A DNA stretch of 64,000 bases from an uncultured Microthrixaceae bacterium (GTDB lineage: Bacteria > Actinomycetota > Acidimicrobiia > Acidimicrobiales > VFJN01), in the NCBI GenBank assembly GCA_963846555.1, contig CAWJWI010000006.1:12184-76183 (forward strand), written 5' to 3'. Shown here one piece after another: positions 42,181 to 54,098 of this stretch; within the stretch, counting starts at the first letter, position 1, and every line of letters starts with the position of its first letter. The notes below the pieces were generated by a model, which made no database searches, was not told the origin of the DNA, and saw only the letters and a list, made by a program, of their open reading frames with translations. A program made the translations under genes and the position numbers.

Positions 42181-42199
42181 GGGGCTTGCCGCAAGCGAC
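42181..42199. promoter_or_regulatory. Rifamycin-associated element (RAE)-like palindrome
   Basis: GGGGCTTGCCGCAAGCGAC versus recalled RAE GGGGCTTGCGGCAAGGCCC. Confidence 0.7.
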
Positions 42200-42245
42200 T
42201 GCGACGTGGTGACCATGACGGGTCCACGAAGGAGAGGGAGCGGCG

Positions 42246-43712
42246 ATGACCGAGCACGCGGTGGTGATCGCAGGAGGTGGCCCGACGGGGCTGATGCTGG
42301 CGGGCGAGCTGGCGTTGGCGGGGATCGACGTGGTCGTCGTCGAGCGCCGGGAGAACCAGGAGGTCGACGGGTCACGAGCCGGCGGGCTGCTGATCCGGAC
42401 GATCGAGGTGCTCGATCAGCGCGGCATCGCGGATCGCTTCCTCGAGGCGGGCAAGACCTTCGATGCGCACGGGTTCGCCGGCATCCGCTTCGACGTGAGC
42501 GACCTCCCCACCCGCCACCCCTACGTGCTGGCGCTCTGGCAGAGCCAGATCGAACCCCTCCTGGCCGAGTGGGTGGAGGAGCTCGGGGTGCCGATCCTCC
42601 GGAGCCGTGAGGTGGTGGGGTTCGGTCAGCACGACACCGGCGTCGACGTCGAGGTGTCGGACGGCTCCGCGCTCCGGGCCCAGTACCTCGTCGGCTGCGA
42701 CGGCGGCCGCAGCTTCGTCCGCAAGGCAGCCGGGATCGACTTCGCCGGGCTGGACGCCTCGACCAGCTGGATGATCGCGGAGGTCGAGATGGGAGAGGAG
42801 CCGCAGCTCGGCTTCCACCGGGATGGCCTCGGTCAGCACGCCATCGGACCCGCGCCCGACGAGGGCCTGTTCCGGCTCGTGCTCACCGAGCGGGAGGCCG
42901 ACCACTCAGGTCTCCCCAGCGAAGACGAGCTTCGTGAGGCCCTCGTCGGCATCTACGGGACGGACTTCGGTCTTCGTCGGGCCACCTGGATCTCCCGCTT
43001 CACCGACATGGTTCGCCAGGCGGTGACCTACCGAAGGGGCCGGATCCTGCTCGCTGGCGACGCCGCGCACATCCACCCGCCGCATGGGGGCCAGGGGCTC
43101 AACACCGGGGTCCAGGATTCTGTGAACCTCGGGTGGAAGCTGGCCCAGGTGGTGCGCGGCACGACGTCGGATGCCCTGCTCGACACCTACCACGCCGAAC
43201 GGCACCCAGTCGGGGCCCGCGTGCTGCAGAACACGATGGCCCAGGTGGCGCTCAGCGCTCCCGATGCCCGCCACGAGGCACTCCGCGACACCGTGACCGA
43301 GCTGCTCGCCATGGACGAACCCCGGAGGACGGTCGCCGCAATGCTCTGCGCCCTCGATCTGCACTACGACATGGGGGAGGGACACCCGCTCGTGGGACGA
43401 CGCATGCCCGACCTCGACCTGCAGACCGCCGAGGGCCCCACCCGGGTGGCCACGCTCCTGCACCGGGCCCGACCTGTGCTCCTGGACCTCGGCTCGTCCG
43501 GCGCCTTCGACATCGACCCATGGAGCGACCGGGTTCGGCTCGTCGAGGCCCGAACGGATGGCGACTGGGTGCTACCCGTGCTCGGAGTGGTCTCGGGTCC
43601 ACCGGCAGTGCTGATCCGGCCCGACGGGCACGTCGCCTGGGCCGGTGGGCCCACCGATCCGGGACTGCCCGAGGCCCTCACCACCTGGTTCGGTCCGCCC
43701 CGCGCCGCCTAG
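42246..43712 (+). CDS. FAD-dependent monooxygenase, rifamycin monooxygenase (Rox)-like
   Basis: GGGPTGLMLAGEL, GCDGGRS, AGDAAHIHPPHGGQGLN, TYHAERHPV, LIRPDGHVAW. Confidence 0.85.
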   Translation: MTEHAVVIAGGGPTGLMLAGELALAGIDVVVVERRENQEVDGSRAGGLLIRTIEVLDQRGIADRFLEAGKTFDAHGFAGIRFDVSDLPTRHPYVLALWQSQIEPLLAEWVEELGVPILRSREVVGFGQHDTGVDVEVSDGSALRAQYLVGCDGGRSFVRKAAGIDFAGLDASTSWMIAEVEMGEEPQLGFHRDGLGQHAIGPAPDEGLFRLVLTEREADHSGLPSEDELREALVGIYGTDFGLRRATWISRFTDMVRQAVTYRRGRILLAGDAAHIHPPHGGQGLNTGVQDSVNLGWKLAQVVRGTTSDALLDTYHAERHPVGARVLQNTMAQVALSAPDARHEALRDTVTELLAMDEPRRTVAAMLCALDLHYDMGEGHPLVGRRMPDLDLQTAEGPTRVATLLHRARPVLLDLGSSGAFDIDPWSDRVRLVEARTDGDWVLPVLGVVSGPPAVLIRPDGHVAWAGGPTDPGLPEALTTWFGPPRAA

Positions 43713-44075
43713 CGCGCAGCTGGCGATCTCCGTGACATCGAGTATGGCCCGGAGCGACAGCGCCTCCTTGGGCAGGTAGCCGGCGGCCACGCCGGCGGCC
43801 ATGCGGCGACCGTCCTCTGCGTCACGAGTCGAGATGAGTATGACCACGACGCTGGCGCCGTCCTGCCGCAGCCGCCGGGCCACCTCGTTCCCGGCGATGT
43901 CGGGCAGGCCGATGTCGAGCAGCACCACGTCGGGCTGCGTCAGCGCCACGGCCGCAGCGACGCCGGCGCCGTTCTCCACCTCGCCCACGATGTCGACCCC
44001 GTCGGCGATCAGCAGCCGGATGGCCATGGCTCGAAAGCGCAGGTCGTCGTCGACGAGGAGGATGCGCAAGGGCAC
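43572..44075 (-). CDS. Single-domain response regulator
   Basis: ILLVDDD, VLLDIGLPD, LIST, GYLPK; 3' end overlaps the monooxygenase, so the true stop may be near 43710. Confidence 0.75.
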   Translation of the reverse strand: MPLRILLVDDDLRFRAMAIRLLIADGVDIVGEVENGAGVAAAVALTQPDVVLLDIGLPDIAGNEVARRLRQDGASVVVILISTRDAEDGRRMAAGVAAGYLPKEALSLRAILDVTEIASCALGGAGRTEPGGEGLGQSRIGGPTGPGDVPVGPDQHCRWTRDHSEHG

Positions 44076-44138
44076 CGAAGCACCCTCGCATGGCCCGACG
44101 GGGAACCGCATCCGTGCTGGCTCGCAGCCAAAACGTCT

Positions 44139-44171
44139 CTGCGCGAACTGTGTCTGACACAGTTCGCGCAG
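44139..44171. repeat. Perfect 33-bp inverted repeat
   Basis: CTGCGCGAACTGTGTC-t-GACACAGTTCGCGCAG. Confidence 0.9.
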
Positions 44172-44184
44172 GCGCCTTGCGGTG

Positions 44185-44202
44185 CATCAATCTTGTTTGA
44201 TG
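44185..44202. promoter_or_regulatory. ArsR-type operator
   Basis: CATCAA-N6-TTGATG just upstream of arsR-arsC. Confidence 0.65.
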
Positions 44203-44212
44203 TAATGGTGGC

Positions 44213-44962
44213 GTGCCCCGGACAGCACCTCCTCCCATCCTCGGGCTCCTGGCCGAGCCGATCCGCTGGCAGCTGGTCGAGGAGCTGGGCCGGAGCGACC
44301 GCCGCGTCGGCGAGCTGGTCGAGCTCTTGGAGAGGCCGCAGAACCTCGTCTCGTACCACCTGGCCGAGCTCCGGCGGGCCGGCCTCGTGCACGCCCGCCG
44401 CAGCTCGGCCGACGGCCGTGACATCTACTACCGGGCCGACCTGGCCCAGGTGCGCTCGCTGCTGGGCGAGGCCGGGCGGTCCCTCCGGCCGGCTGCGTCA
44501 GCGCCGCTCGTCTCCCGTCGTCCGCTGGTGCTGTTCCTGTGCACGGGCAACAGCGCCCGCTCGCAGATGGCTCAGGCTCTCGTCGAGCACCGCTCCGGTG
44601 GCGCGGTGGAGGCCTGCAGCGCCGGCAGCCACCCGAAGGCGCTCCACCCCAACGCGGTGCGGGCGATGGCCGAGCGCGGGATCGACATCGCCGACCGGGC
44701 CACACGGTCGCTCGACGAGTACGCCCACACCCGGTTCGACCGGCTCATCACGCTGTGCGACAAGGTTCGGGAGGTCTGCCCCGACTTCCGCGGCGACCCG
44801 ATCGCTGCCCACTGGAGCATCGCCGACCCGGCGGCCGACGCCCCTGACGAGGAGGCCTCCTACGCCGCCTTCGCTGACGTCGCCGACGAGCTCGAAGGTC
44901 GGGTGGCTCTCCTGCTCGCCGACCTCACCGACCACCAGACCAAGGGGATTCGCCATGCCTGA
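44213..44962 (+). CDS. ArsR HTH - arsenate reductase (LMWP ArsC) fusion
   Basis: PQNLVSYHLAELRRAGLV; LFLCTGNSARSQMA; LCDKVREVCP; HWSIADP. Confidence 0.88.
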   Translation: MPRTAPPPILGLLAEPIRWQLVEELGRSDRRVGELVELLERPQNLVSYHLAELRRAGLVHARRSSADGRDIYYRADLAQVRSLLGEAGRSLRPAASAPLVSRRPLVLFLCTGNSARSQMAQALVEHRSGGAVEACSAGSHPKALHPNAVRAMAERGIDIADRATRSLDEYAHTRFDRLITLCDKVREVCPDFRGDPIAAHWSIADPAADAPDEEASYAAFADVADELEGRVALLLADLTDHQTKGIRHA

Positions 44963-45341
44963 CAACGAGATCGTGAACGTGCGCTACCTCGTCGACGACG
45001 TCGCCAAGAGCGTCGACTACTACACCCGCCACTTCGGCTTCACGGCAGGCATCTCAAGCCCGGCCTTCGCCGACGTCACCCGCGGCAGCCTGCGCCTGCT
45101 GCTCTCGGGCCCGCAGAGCTCAGCCGGTCGGGCGCTGACCGACGGGGAGCGCCCCGGGCCCGGGGGGTGGAACCGCATCCACCTCATCGTCGACGACATA
45201 GACGCCGAGGTCACCCGCCTGTCGGAGGAGGGCGTGGCGCTCCGCAACGAGGTCGTGCGCGGACCCGGCGGGGCCCAGGTCCTGGCCATCGACCCGTCAG
45301 GGAACTACGTGGAGCTCTTCCAGCCCGCTGCCGCTTCCTGA
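44955..45341 (+). CDS. VOC/glyoxalase family protein
   Basis: VRYLVDDV, GGWNRIHLIVDDI, DPSGNYVELFQP. Confidence 0.9.
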   Translation: MPDNEIVNVRYLVDDVAKSVDYYTRHFGFTAGISSPAFADVTRGSLRLLLSGPQSSAGRALTDGERPGPGGWNRIHLIVDDIDAEVTRLSEEGVALRNEVVRGPGGAQVLAIDPSGNYVELFQPAAAS

Positions 45342-45344
45342 CAG

Positions 45345-45566
45345 TCAGGGTCTGGGATGGCCAGCGTCGTACTTGTCCTCGCCCTCTGCCTCTTGGTCGA
45401 AGCGCTTCTCGGCCGCCTCCTGGTCGCCGCCCTCCTCGGCCACGATCTCGTCGGCCAGCTCGGCGTCCCGGGCTGCGTTCTGCCCGAACCAGTCATCGAC
45501 AGTCGAGTTCTCGGGCTCCTCGATGGAGCCGTCGGGGTTGTCCTTGGCGTGCTGGGGGTCAGTCAT
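45345..45566 (-). CDS. Small acidic hypothetical protein
   Basis: EEPENSTVDDWFGQ..AEKRFD; strong GC3 bias. Confidence 0.7.
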   Translation of the reverse strand: MTDPQHAKDNPDGSIEEPENSTVDDWFGQNAARDAELADEIVAEEGGDQEAAEKRFDQEAEGEDKYDAGHPRP

Positions 45567-45628
45567 GTCGGTCGCCTTCCCAAGGTGACGAACGATCATC
45601 CGCCGGGCGACGTGGCACGATCGGCGGC

Positions 45629-48016
<2,388 letters not shown>

Positions 48017-48044
48017 GGAGCGGGTCGCTCGCTCTACACCCCTG

Positions 48045-48884
48045 TCACAGTGGCCCGTACTTGCCCAGGAGGAAGTCCACCGACTCGGTGGCGGTCGGGT
48101 AGGCCTTGGAACGACCGGCGGCCACGTAGCCCGCGTCGGTGATCATCGTGATGCCGTTCACCCCAACGGCCGCGTCGCTGCAGAGGTAGACGAGCGGGTA
48201 GGCCTGCTCGAGGGGGGTCGACGCCTCGATGCCGACCTCGGCGCGGTAGTCGGCCCCGAAGCTCAGCCACGTGTCGGCGTTGGCTTGGGCCAGCGGCGTG
48301 TCGGTGGGACCAGGGAGGATGGCGTTGATGCGGATGCCGCGCCTGAGCATGGGCAGCGCCTGCTGAGCGACGTACCCGTTCACGACCTGCTTGGTCCACA
48401 TGTAGGTGGCCCGGCCTCGGTCCCGGCACCATGCGGCCGCCTCGTCGAAGTCTCGGATCTCGAGCAGCTCCAGGATCAGGTCGAGGTTGGACTCCCAGCC
48501 CAATCCGGCCGCCGAGGAGATGAGGCCGATGGCCGACCCCTTGGGCATGAGGTCGCGCTCGAGGAGGCAGTCGATGAGGTAGCGGTGGCCGACGAAGTTG
48601 ATCCGCTCGATTCCTGGGGTGCCGTCAGCCACGCCAGCGCAGGAGAACAGGGCGTCGACGGGGCCGCCGCACTCCTCGACAGCAGCGTCGATGGACGCCT
48701 TCTCGGACAGGTCCAGGGAGATGGATCTCACGCCGGCGAGCTGCACCTCGACCCTGTCCATGACGACGACCTCGGCGCCGCCGTCCTTCACCACCTCGGC
48801 CACCGCGGCGCCCATGCCGGTCGCGCCGCCCACGATGAGTGCCCGCTTGCCCTGGTAGGAGAAGGCGTCGAAGAGTCCGGTCAT
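48045..48884 (-). CDS. SDR family oxidoreductase
   Basis: GGATGMG, YMWTK, PGPTDTP. Confidence 0.88.
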   Translation of the reverse strand: MTGLFDAFSYQGKRALIVGGATGMGAAVAEVVKDGGAEVVVMDRVEVQLAGVRSISLDLSEKASIDAAVEECGGPVDALFSCAGVADGTPGIERINFVGHRYLIDCLLERDLMPKGSAIGLISSAAGLGWESNLDLILELLEIRDFDEAAAWCRDRGRATYMWTKQVVNGYVAQQALPMLRRGIRINAILPGPTDTPLAQANADTWLSFGADYRAEVGIEASTPLEQAYPLVYLCSDAAVGVNGITMITDAGYVAAGRSKAYPTATESVDFLLGKYGPL

Positions 48885-48934
48885 GAGGAGCGACAGTATC
48901 GTCGGGGATCGGGGCCGAGGGGGTGGGGTGACGG

Positions 48935-49948
48935 GTGGAACCGGACCGGGACGACGCGGCACCCGAAGCTCGGCGCGCCCACTTCGGCCTGCGCTTCGAC
49001 CTGCGCAACCCGGCCCTGGCCGGTACGACGCTGGCGGACCGGTACGCGGCGGCCCTCGACATGGCGGCCTGGGCGGACGAGCTGGGCTGCCTCTCCATCG
49101 CCGTGTCGGAGCACCACGCCTCCCCCGATGGCTACCTGCCCAGCCCGCTGACGATGCTCGGAGCCATGGTCGCCCGGACCGAGAACGTGCGGTTCGTGGT
49201 GGCCGCTCTGATCGCCCCGTTCCACGACCCGCTCCGCCTGGCCGAGGACCTCATCGTGCTCGACCACCTCAGCCGGGGCCGAGTCGACGTGGTGGTCGGA
49301 GCGGGTTACGTCCGCGAAGAGTTCGCGATGTTCGGCCGGACCATGTCCGAGCGAGCAGAGCGCGTCACCGAGGTCGTCACCACCCTCAAAGCGGCCTTCG
49401 CAGGTGAGCCCTTCGAGTACCGGGGGCGCACCGTCCAGGTCACCCCTCGGCCGCACCGGCCCGGCGGACCTGGCATCAGCCTCGGTGGGAGCAGCCCGGC
49501 CGCGGCTCGGCGGGCGGCCCGACTCCACGTCGGGTTCCTGCCCTCGATCCCCGACGTGTGGCCCGCGTTCCGCAACGAGGTGCAGACCCTCGGGCGCCCC
49601 GACCCAGGGCCGTGCCCGATCGGCAGGAACCGCATCGTGGCCCTCGCCCGCGATCCCGAGCAGGGCTGGGCCGAGATGGGCCCCTACTTCCTGCACGAGA
49701 TGAACGCGTACGGCGCCTGGCAGGCCCAGGACGACACCGGCTCCCCTTACAGGTCGGTCGAGGACCTGTCAGAGCTGCGGGCCTCGGGCTCCTACGACGT
49801 GCTCACCCCCGAGGAGCACGTCCGCGAGCTCGAAGCGGCCTCGTTCCCCTTCGCCTTCCTCCATCCCATGTGCGGGGGGATCCCACCGGAGCTCGCATGG
49901 TCGAGCCTCCGCCTCTTCGAGCGAGAGGTGCTCCCCGTCGTTCGTTGA
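48935..49948 (+). CDS. LLM-class flavin-dependent oxidoreductase
   Basis: SEHHASPDGYLPSP, HDPLRLAED, LDHLSRGR. Confidence 0.9.
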   Translation: MEPDRDDAAPEARRAHFGLRFDLRNPALAGTTLADRYAAALDMAAWADELGCLSIAVSEHHASPDGYLPSPLTMLGAMVARTENVRFVVAALIAPFHDPLRLAEDLIVLDHLSRGRVDVVVGAGYVREEFAMFGRTMSERAERVTEVVTTLKAAFAGEPFEYRGRTVQVTPRPHRPGGPGISLGGSSPAAARRAARLHVGFLPSIPDVWPAFRNEVQTLGRPDPGPCPIGRNRIVALARDPEQGWAEMGPYFLHEMNAYGAWQAQDDTGSPYRSVEDLSELRASGSYDVLTPEEHVRELEAASFPFAFLHPMCGGIPPELAWSSLRLFEREVLPVVR

Positions 49949-49969
49949 GAGCCGCTGGCGCGTCCCAAG

Positions 49970-50749
49970 TCAGCCGGTGGCGGCGGCCCGGTCGATCTCG
50001 AACCAGACGACCTTGCCGCCACCGATCGGGTCGGCGCCCCAGCTTCCGGCCAGGCTCTCCAGCAGGACGAGGCCGCGGCCCCCGACCGATTCCTCGTCCG
50101 GGACGCGAGCCTTCGGGAGGGTCGGGTCGTCGTCGTAGACCTCGACTCGGACCATGTCGTTCGTCAGCTGGATGTCGACTGTCGGCGCGCTGGTCGTGTG
50201 GACGACGGCGTTGGTGACCATCTCGCTGACGAGCAGCTCGATCGTCGCCACCAGGTGGTCGGCGTCGTCGTCGAGGAGGCTCCTCACGAAGTGCCGGGCT
50301 TCTCGGGGAGCTGTGGGCTCCGCGCTGAAGGTGCTGGACACGCGGTGCGCCGTTCGCTCGGCCATCGCTGCGGCCACGAGGATCTCCTCGACCAGGCGGT
50401 CGGCGCGGGTGCGCTTCTCGACGTACCCGACTGCGCCGCTTCGGCGCGTGATGGCGGCCATGCGTCGACGAGGGAAGTTCGAGACCACCACGATCTGGGC
50501 GCCCGGCACACGCTCGTGGAGCTCAGGGAGGACATCGACCCCCGAACGGACCGGCATGGCCAGGTCGAGGACTATCAGGTCGGGGGACTCCTCCAGGGCG
50601 AGCTGCAGGGCGGCGTCGCCGTCGGCGGCTTCGATGACGTCGTCGAAGCCGGCCCGCCCGAAGAGGGTGCGGACGACGAGGCGCTGATCGGCGTCGTCGT
50701 CGGCGACGAGGATCCGGAACGGTCCGGACTGAGCGCCGGCTCCGGTCAC
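49970..50749 (-). CDS. Response regulator receiver fused to HATPase_c_2 (anti-sigma kinase-like) domain
   Basis: ILVADDD, VLDLAMP; LLVSEMVTNAVVH, GGRGLVLL, WG..GKVVWFE. Confidence 0.88.
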   Translation of the reverse strand: MTGAGAQSGPFRILVADDDADQRLVVRTLFGRAGFDDVIEAADGDAALQLALEESPDLIVLDLAMPVRSGVDVLPELHERVPGAQIVVVSNFPRRRMAAITRRSGAVGYVEKRTRADRLVEEILVAAAMAERTAHRVSSTFSAEPTAPREARHFVRSLLDDDADHLVATIELLVSEMVTNAVVHTTSAPTVDIQLTNDMVRVEVYDDDPTLPKARVPDEESVGGRGLVLLESLAGSWGADPIGGGKVVWFEIDRAAATG

Positions 50750-52287
50750 TGCTCGGCGGCCGGGAGGGTGAAGCGGAAGGTGGAGCCCCCGTCCGGGCCG
50801 GACTCGACCCACAGCCGTCCGCCCTGGGCCTCGACGAGGGACTTGGAGATGAACAGGCCCATGCCGCTGCCCGGGGTGCTGGCGGCCTGGGTCAGGCGGC
50901 CGAAGCGGGTGAACAGCAGGTGCTCCTGGTCGGTGGGTATCCCAGGGCCGTGGTCGACGACGGACACGACCACCTCGTCGTCGACCAGCTCGACCGTCAG
51001 CTCGACGGGAGTCTCAGCGGGAGAGAACTTGAGGGCGTTTCCGACGAGGTTCATCAGCACCTGCCATGTGCGCCGCTCGTCACCGATGGCGACCGAGGCT
51101 CGATCCCCATGGACCACCAGCTTGCGCTCGGACGATCCGATCCCCGTGTCGGCCGCGACCTGGCTCACGATGGCGGCCACATCGATCGGCACGGCGTCGA
51201 CGTTCAGCTGCCCGGCATCGATCTTGGCCAGGTCGAAGAGGTCGTCGACCAGGCCGCTGAGCGACTCGGTTCGGATCGCCATCCGGTCGATGAGGTCGCG
51301 CTTGTCGGCATCGGGCATGCCGGGCCAGTCGGTGAGGAGCAGGTGGAGCATGGACTGGATGATCCCCACCGGACCTCGGAGGTCATGGGCCACGACGGCC
51401 ACGAAGTCGGTCTTCATCTGGTCCACCTCGCGGAGACGGGCAGCCGTCTCTCGCTCGCGCTCGAGCACCCCGCGGATCGCATCCTCGTTCCGCTTGCGAT
51501 CGGTCAGATCGCGGGTGACCTTGGCGAAGCCCCGGTGCTGCCCGTCCGCACTTCGGAGAGCCGTGATCACGACGTCAGCCCAGAAGTGGGTGCCGTCCTT
51601 GCGGACACGCCACCCCTCCGACTCCCAGCGCCCCTCGGCAAGCGCGGTCTGCAGCCCGAGCTGAGGGACGCCTGCCTCGCGGTCGACCGGTCGGTAGAAC
51701 GTGGCGATGTGACGACCGATGATCTCCTCCGCGCGGTAGCCCTTGAGCCGCTCGGCCCCGAGGTTCCAGCTGGCGATGGTTCCGTCGGGGTCCAGCAGGA
51801 AGATGGCGTAGTCCGACACCGCAGCTACGAGCAGCCGGAACCGCTCCTCGCTCTGGCGCAGGTAGTCCTCGGCTGCCTTGCGCTCGGTGAGGTCACGGGT
51901 GACCTTGCCGAAGCCGACGAGGCGGCCGTCTGGCCCCCGCAGCGCCGTCACGACCACGTTGGCCCAGAACTTGGTGCCTCCCTTGCGGATCCGCCACCCC
52001 TCGTCTTCGAATCGCCCCTCGGCCGCCGCGATGGCCAGCTCTCGATCAGGGATGCCGGCGTCGATGTCGGGCTGCTCGTAGAACAGCGAGACGTGGCGCC
52101 CGAGGATCTCATCCTGCCGGTAGCCCTTCAGCCGCTCGGCGCCCGGGTTCCAGGTGAGGATCCGACCATCGAGGTCGAGGGCGTAGATCGCGTAGTCGGT
52201 CACGCTGTCGATCAGCAACGTGAGCATCTCGCGGTCGTGGTCCGCGCGCGAGCCGGAGGACCCTCCGATGCTGCGCGAGGGGCTCAT
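50746..52287 (-). CDS. PAS-PAS sensor histidine kinase
   Basis: Two WNxGAERLKGY PAS domains, AHDLRGP, NLVGNALKF, GSGMGL. Confidence 0.93.
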   Translation of the reverse strand: MSPSRSIGGSSGSRADHDREMLTLLIDSVTDYAIYALDLDGRILTWNPGAERLKGYRQDEILGRHVSLFYEQPDIDAGIPDRELAIAAAEGRFEDEGWRIRKGGTKFWANVVVTALRGPDGRLVGFGKVTRDLTERKAAEDYLRQSEERFRLLVAAVSDYAIFLLDPDGTIASWNLGAERLKGYRAEEIIGRHIATFYRPVDREAGVPQLGLQTALAEGRWESEGWRVRKDGTHFWADVVITALRSADGQHRGFAKVTRDLTDRKRNEDAIRGVLERERETAARLREVDQMKTDFVAVVAHDLRGPVGIIQSMLHLLLTDWPGMPDADKRDLIDRMAIRTESLSGLVDDLFDLAKIDAGQLNVDAVPIDVAAIVSQVAADTGIGSSERKLVVHGDRASVAIGDERRTWQVLMNLVGNALKFSPAETPVELTVELVDDEVVVSVVDHGPGIPTDQEHLLFTRFGRLTQAASTPGSGMGLFISKSLVEAQGGRLWVESGPDGGSTFRFTLPAAEQ

Positions 52288-52316
52288 GATCGGAACGCTA
52301 CCGGCGGCTGCGGCGG

Positions 52317-53315
52317 TCAGGCCGCAGCCGCCTCTCCACCCGCTCCGGCGAGCAGCGCCAGACGCGAGCTCAGGCGGGGGTCGCCCAGGCGGTTGCGGGT
52401 CTCTTCTGTCGCGGCCTCCACGACCTCGGCCGAGCGATCCTCAGCCATGGCGTTGAGGCCCATGTGGATGAGGCTCGTCGAGGTCGGCTCGAAGGCGAGC
52501 ACGGCGGTGCCGGCGGCGCGCAGGCGGTTGAGCTCCCGGCTCAAGCGCCGGTGGGCGGCGAAGCGCACCGCGCTGTCAGCCGTGCGAGCCCGGCCGTGGG
52601 CGGCCGACATGGGCGACACGACGATCACGAGGTCGAGGCTGCGGCGAACGAGCACATCAGCGTTGGTGGGGGAGTGCACGGCGCCGTCGACGTACTCCAC
52701 GCCGTTGATCTCCACCGGGGCGAAGTAGCCCGGGATGGCGCACGACGCCCCGACGGCGCGTGAGAGCGGCGCCTCGGGCGATCCGGCCCGGCCGAAGACC
52801 ACGCGGGCGCCGTCGTTGCGACGAGCGGCGCAGACCGAGAGACCCGCCGGCCAGTCGTCGGGGCCGGGTGCGGGCACCCCGTCGAGCACCGCGGTGTACT
52901 CGCACAGATCGACCGAGCCGGGCGGCATCATCGTGACGGCGGCTACGGCGGGCCGCAGCGCCCATGGGCGACGGGCGACCCGGGCCAGCAGCTGCGAGGT
53001 GGGGGGACGCCACCGGCCTCGGAGGAGGTCCCGGGCGGCGAGGGGCGGGAGGTCGAGCTCGCGCGGGCCGATCATCTCGAACAGAGCGGTGCCGGCGTCG
53101 CTGAGATCCTCGTCACAGGCGTAGGCCGCCATGTCGCCAGCCGACGCGCCCAGACGGAGCAGCGCCCCGGTGACCGAGCCGGCGGACGAGCCGACGATCT
53201 CGGTTGCCTGGCGCGGATCCCAGCCCGTCTCACGCTCGAGCGCGGCCAGCACCCCGGCGTGGTACGCCTGGCCGACGATCCCGCCTGCGCCGAGCACCAA
53301 CCCGACCGTTCCCAT
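52317..53315 (-). CDS. Patatin-like phospholipase
   Basis: LGAGGIVG, GSSAG, ASCAIPG, YVDG. Confidence 0.9.
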   Translation of the reverse strand: MGTVGLVLGAGGIVGQAYHAGVLAALERETGWDPRQATEIVGSSAGSVTGALLRLGASAGDMAAYACDEDLSDAGTALFEMIGPRELDLPPLAARDLLRGRWRPPTSQLLARVARRPWALRPAVAAVTMMPPGSVDLCEYTAVLDGVPAPGPDDWPAGLSVCAARRNDGARVVFGRAGSPEAPLSRAVGASCAIPGYFAPVEINGVEYVDGAVHSPTNADVLVRRSLDLVIVVSPMSAAHGRARTADSAVRFAAHRRLSRELNRLRAAGTAVLAFEPTSTSLIHMGLNAMAEDRSAEVVEAATEETRNRLGDPRLSSRLALLAGAGGEAAAA

Positions 53316-53385
53316 GTGCGCCCTCCCTGGTGGTGCGGACGGTCTACCCGCTGGCGGGTGACAACAGACGCATGCCGCAGGGTCG

Positions 53386-53997
53386 TCACGACGTGGTGCC
53401 CGCCTTGGCCCCCGCCCGACGCCGGAGCAGCCAGGCGACGACGACGAGCACGACCACGGCACCGACTGAGATGGCCAGGCCGATTCGGTCGACGATGTCT
53501 GCGGCGTCGTCACCCCACACGAAGCCGACGCTGGTCACCACTGCGGCCCAGGCCAGAGCCGACGGCGCGTCCCAGGCCAGCAGTCGGCGAAGCGGGAGCC
53601 CTGAGGACCCAGCGACGACGGGCACGACGGCACGGAGGGCGCCGATCCAGCGGGCCAGCGCGACGCTCATCCCGCCCCGGTGCTCGTAGTGGGCGCGAGC
53701 TCTCTCGAGGCCGGGCCCCAGTCGGCGCCGGGTCCACTTCCAGTGGTCCACCAGCTGCTCGCCGAAGCGACGTCCGATGGCGTAGCCGAGGCTGTCGCCA
53801 GCGAGCCCACCGACTGCGGCGGCCCCGATGACGGCGGCCAACGGGGTGCCGTTCTGAGCGGCAGCCGCACCGGCGACGACGAGACCGACCTCGCCGGGCA
53901 CGAGGAGGTCGAGGAAGATGGCGCTCTCCGCGAACACCAGTCCGAGCACCAGTGCGACCAGCCACCAGCCCTCCGCCCTGGCGACCAGGTCGATCAA
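53386..53997 (-). CDS. DedA family membrane protein
   Basis: AESAIFLDLLVPGE, GDSLGYAIGR, ARWIGALR; start uncertain. Confidence 0.88.
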   Translation of the reverse strand: MIDLVARAEGWWLVALVLGLVFAESAIFLDLLVPGEVGLVVAGAAAAQNGTPLAAVIGAAAVGGLAGDSLGYAIGRRFGEQLVDHWKWTRRRLGPGLERARAHYEHRGGMSVALARWIGALRAVVPVVAGSSGLPLRRLLAWDAPSALAWAAVVTSVGFVWGDDAADIVDRIGLAISVGAVVVLVVVAWLLRRRAGAKAGTTS

Positions 53998-54098
53998 GCT
54001 CTCAGCGATGAGCTGCTCCGAGTCGTTGGCGCGCCGACCGTGGCGCTTGGCCCATCAGAAGGGGGCGACGACAGTGCAGGCAGATCGCCGCCGGGTCG

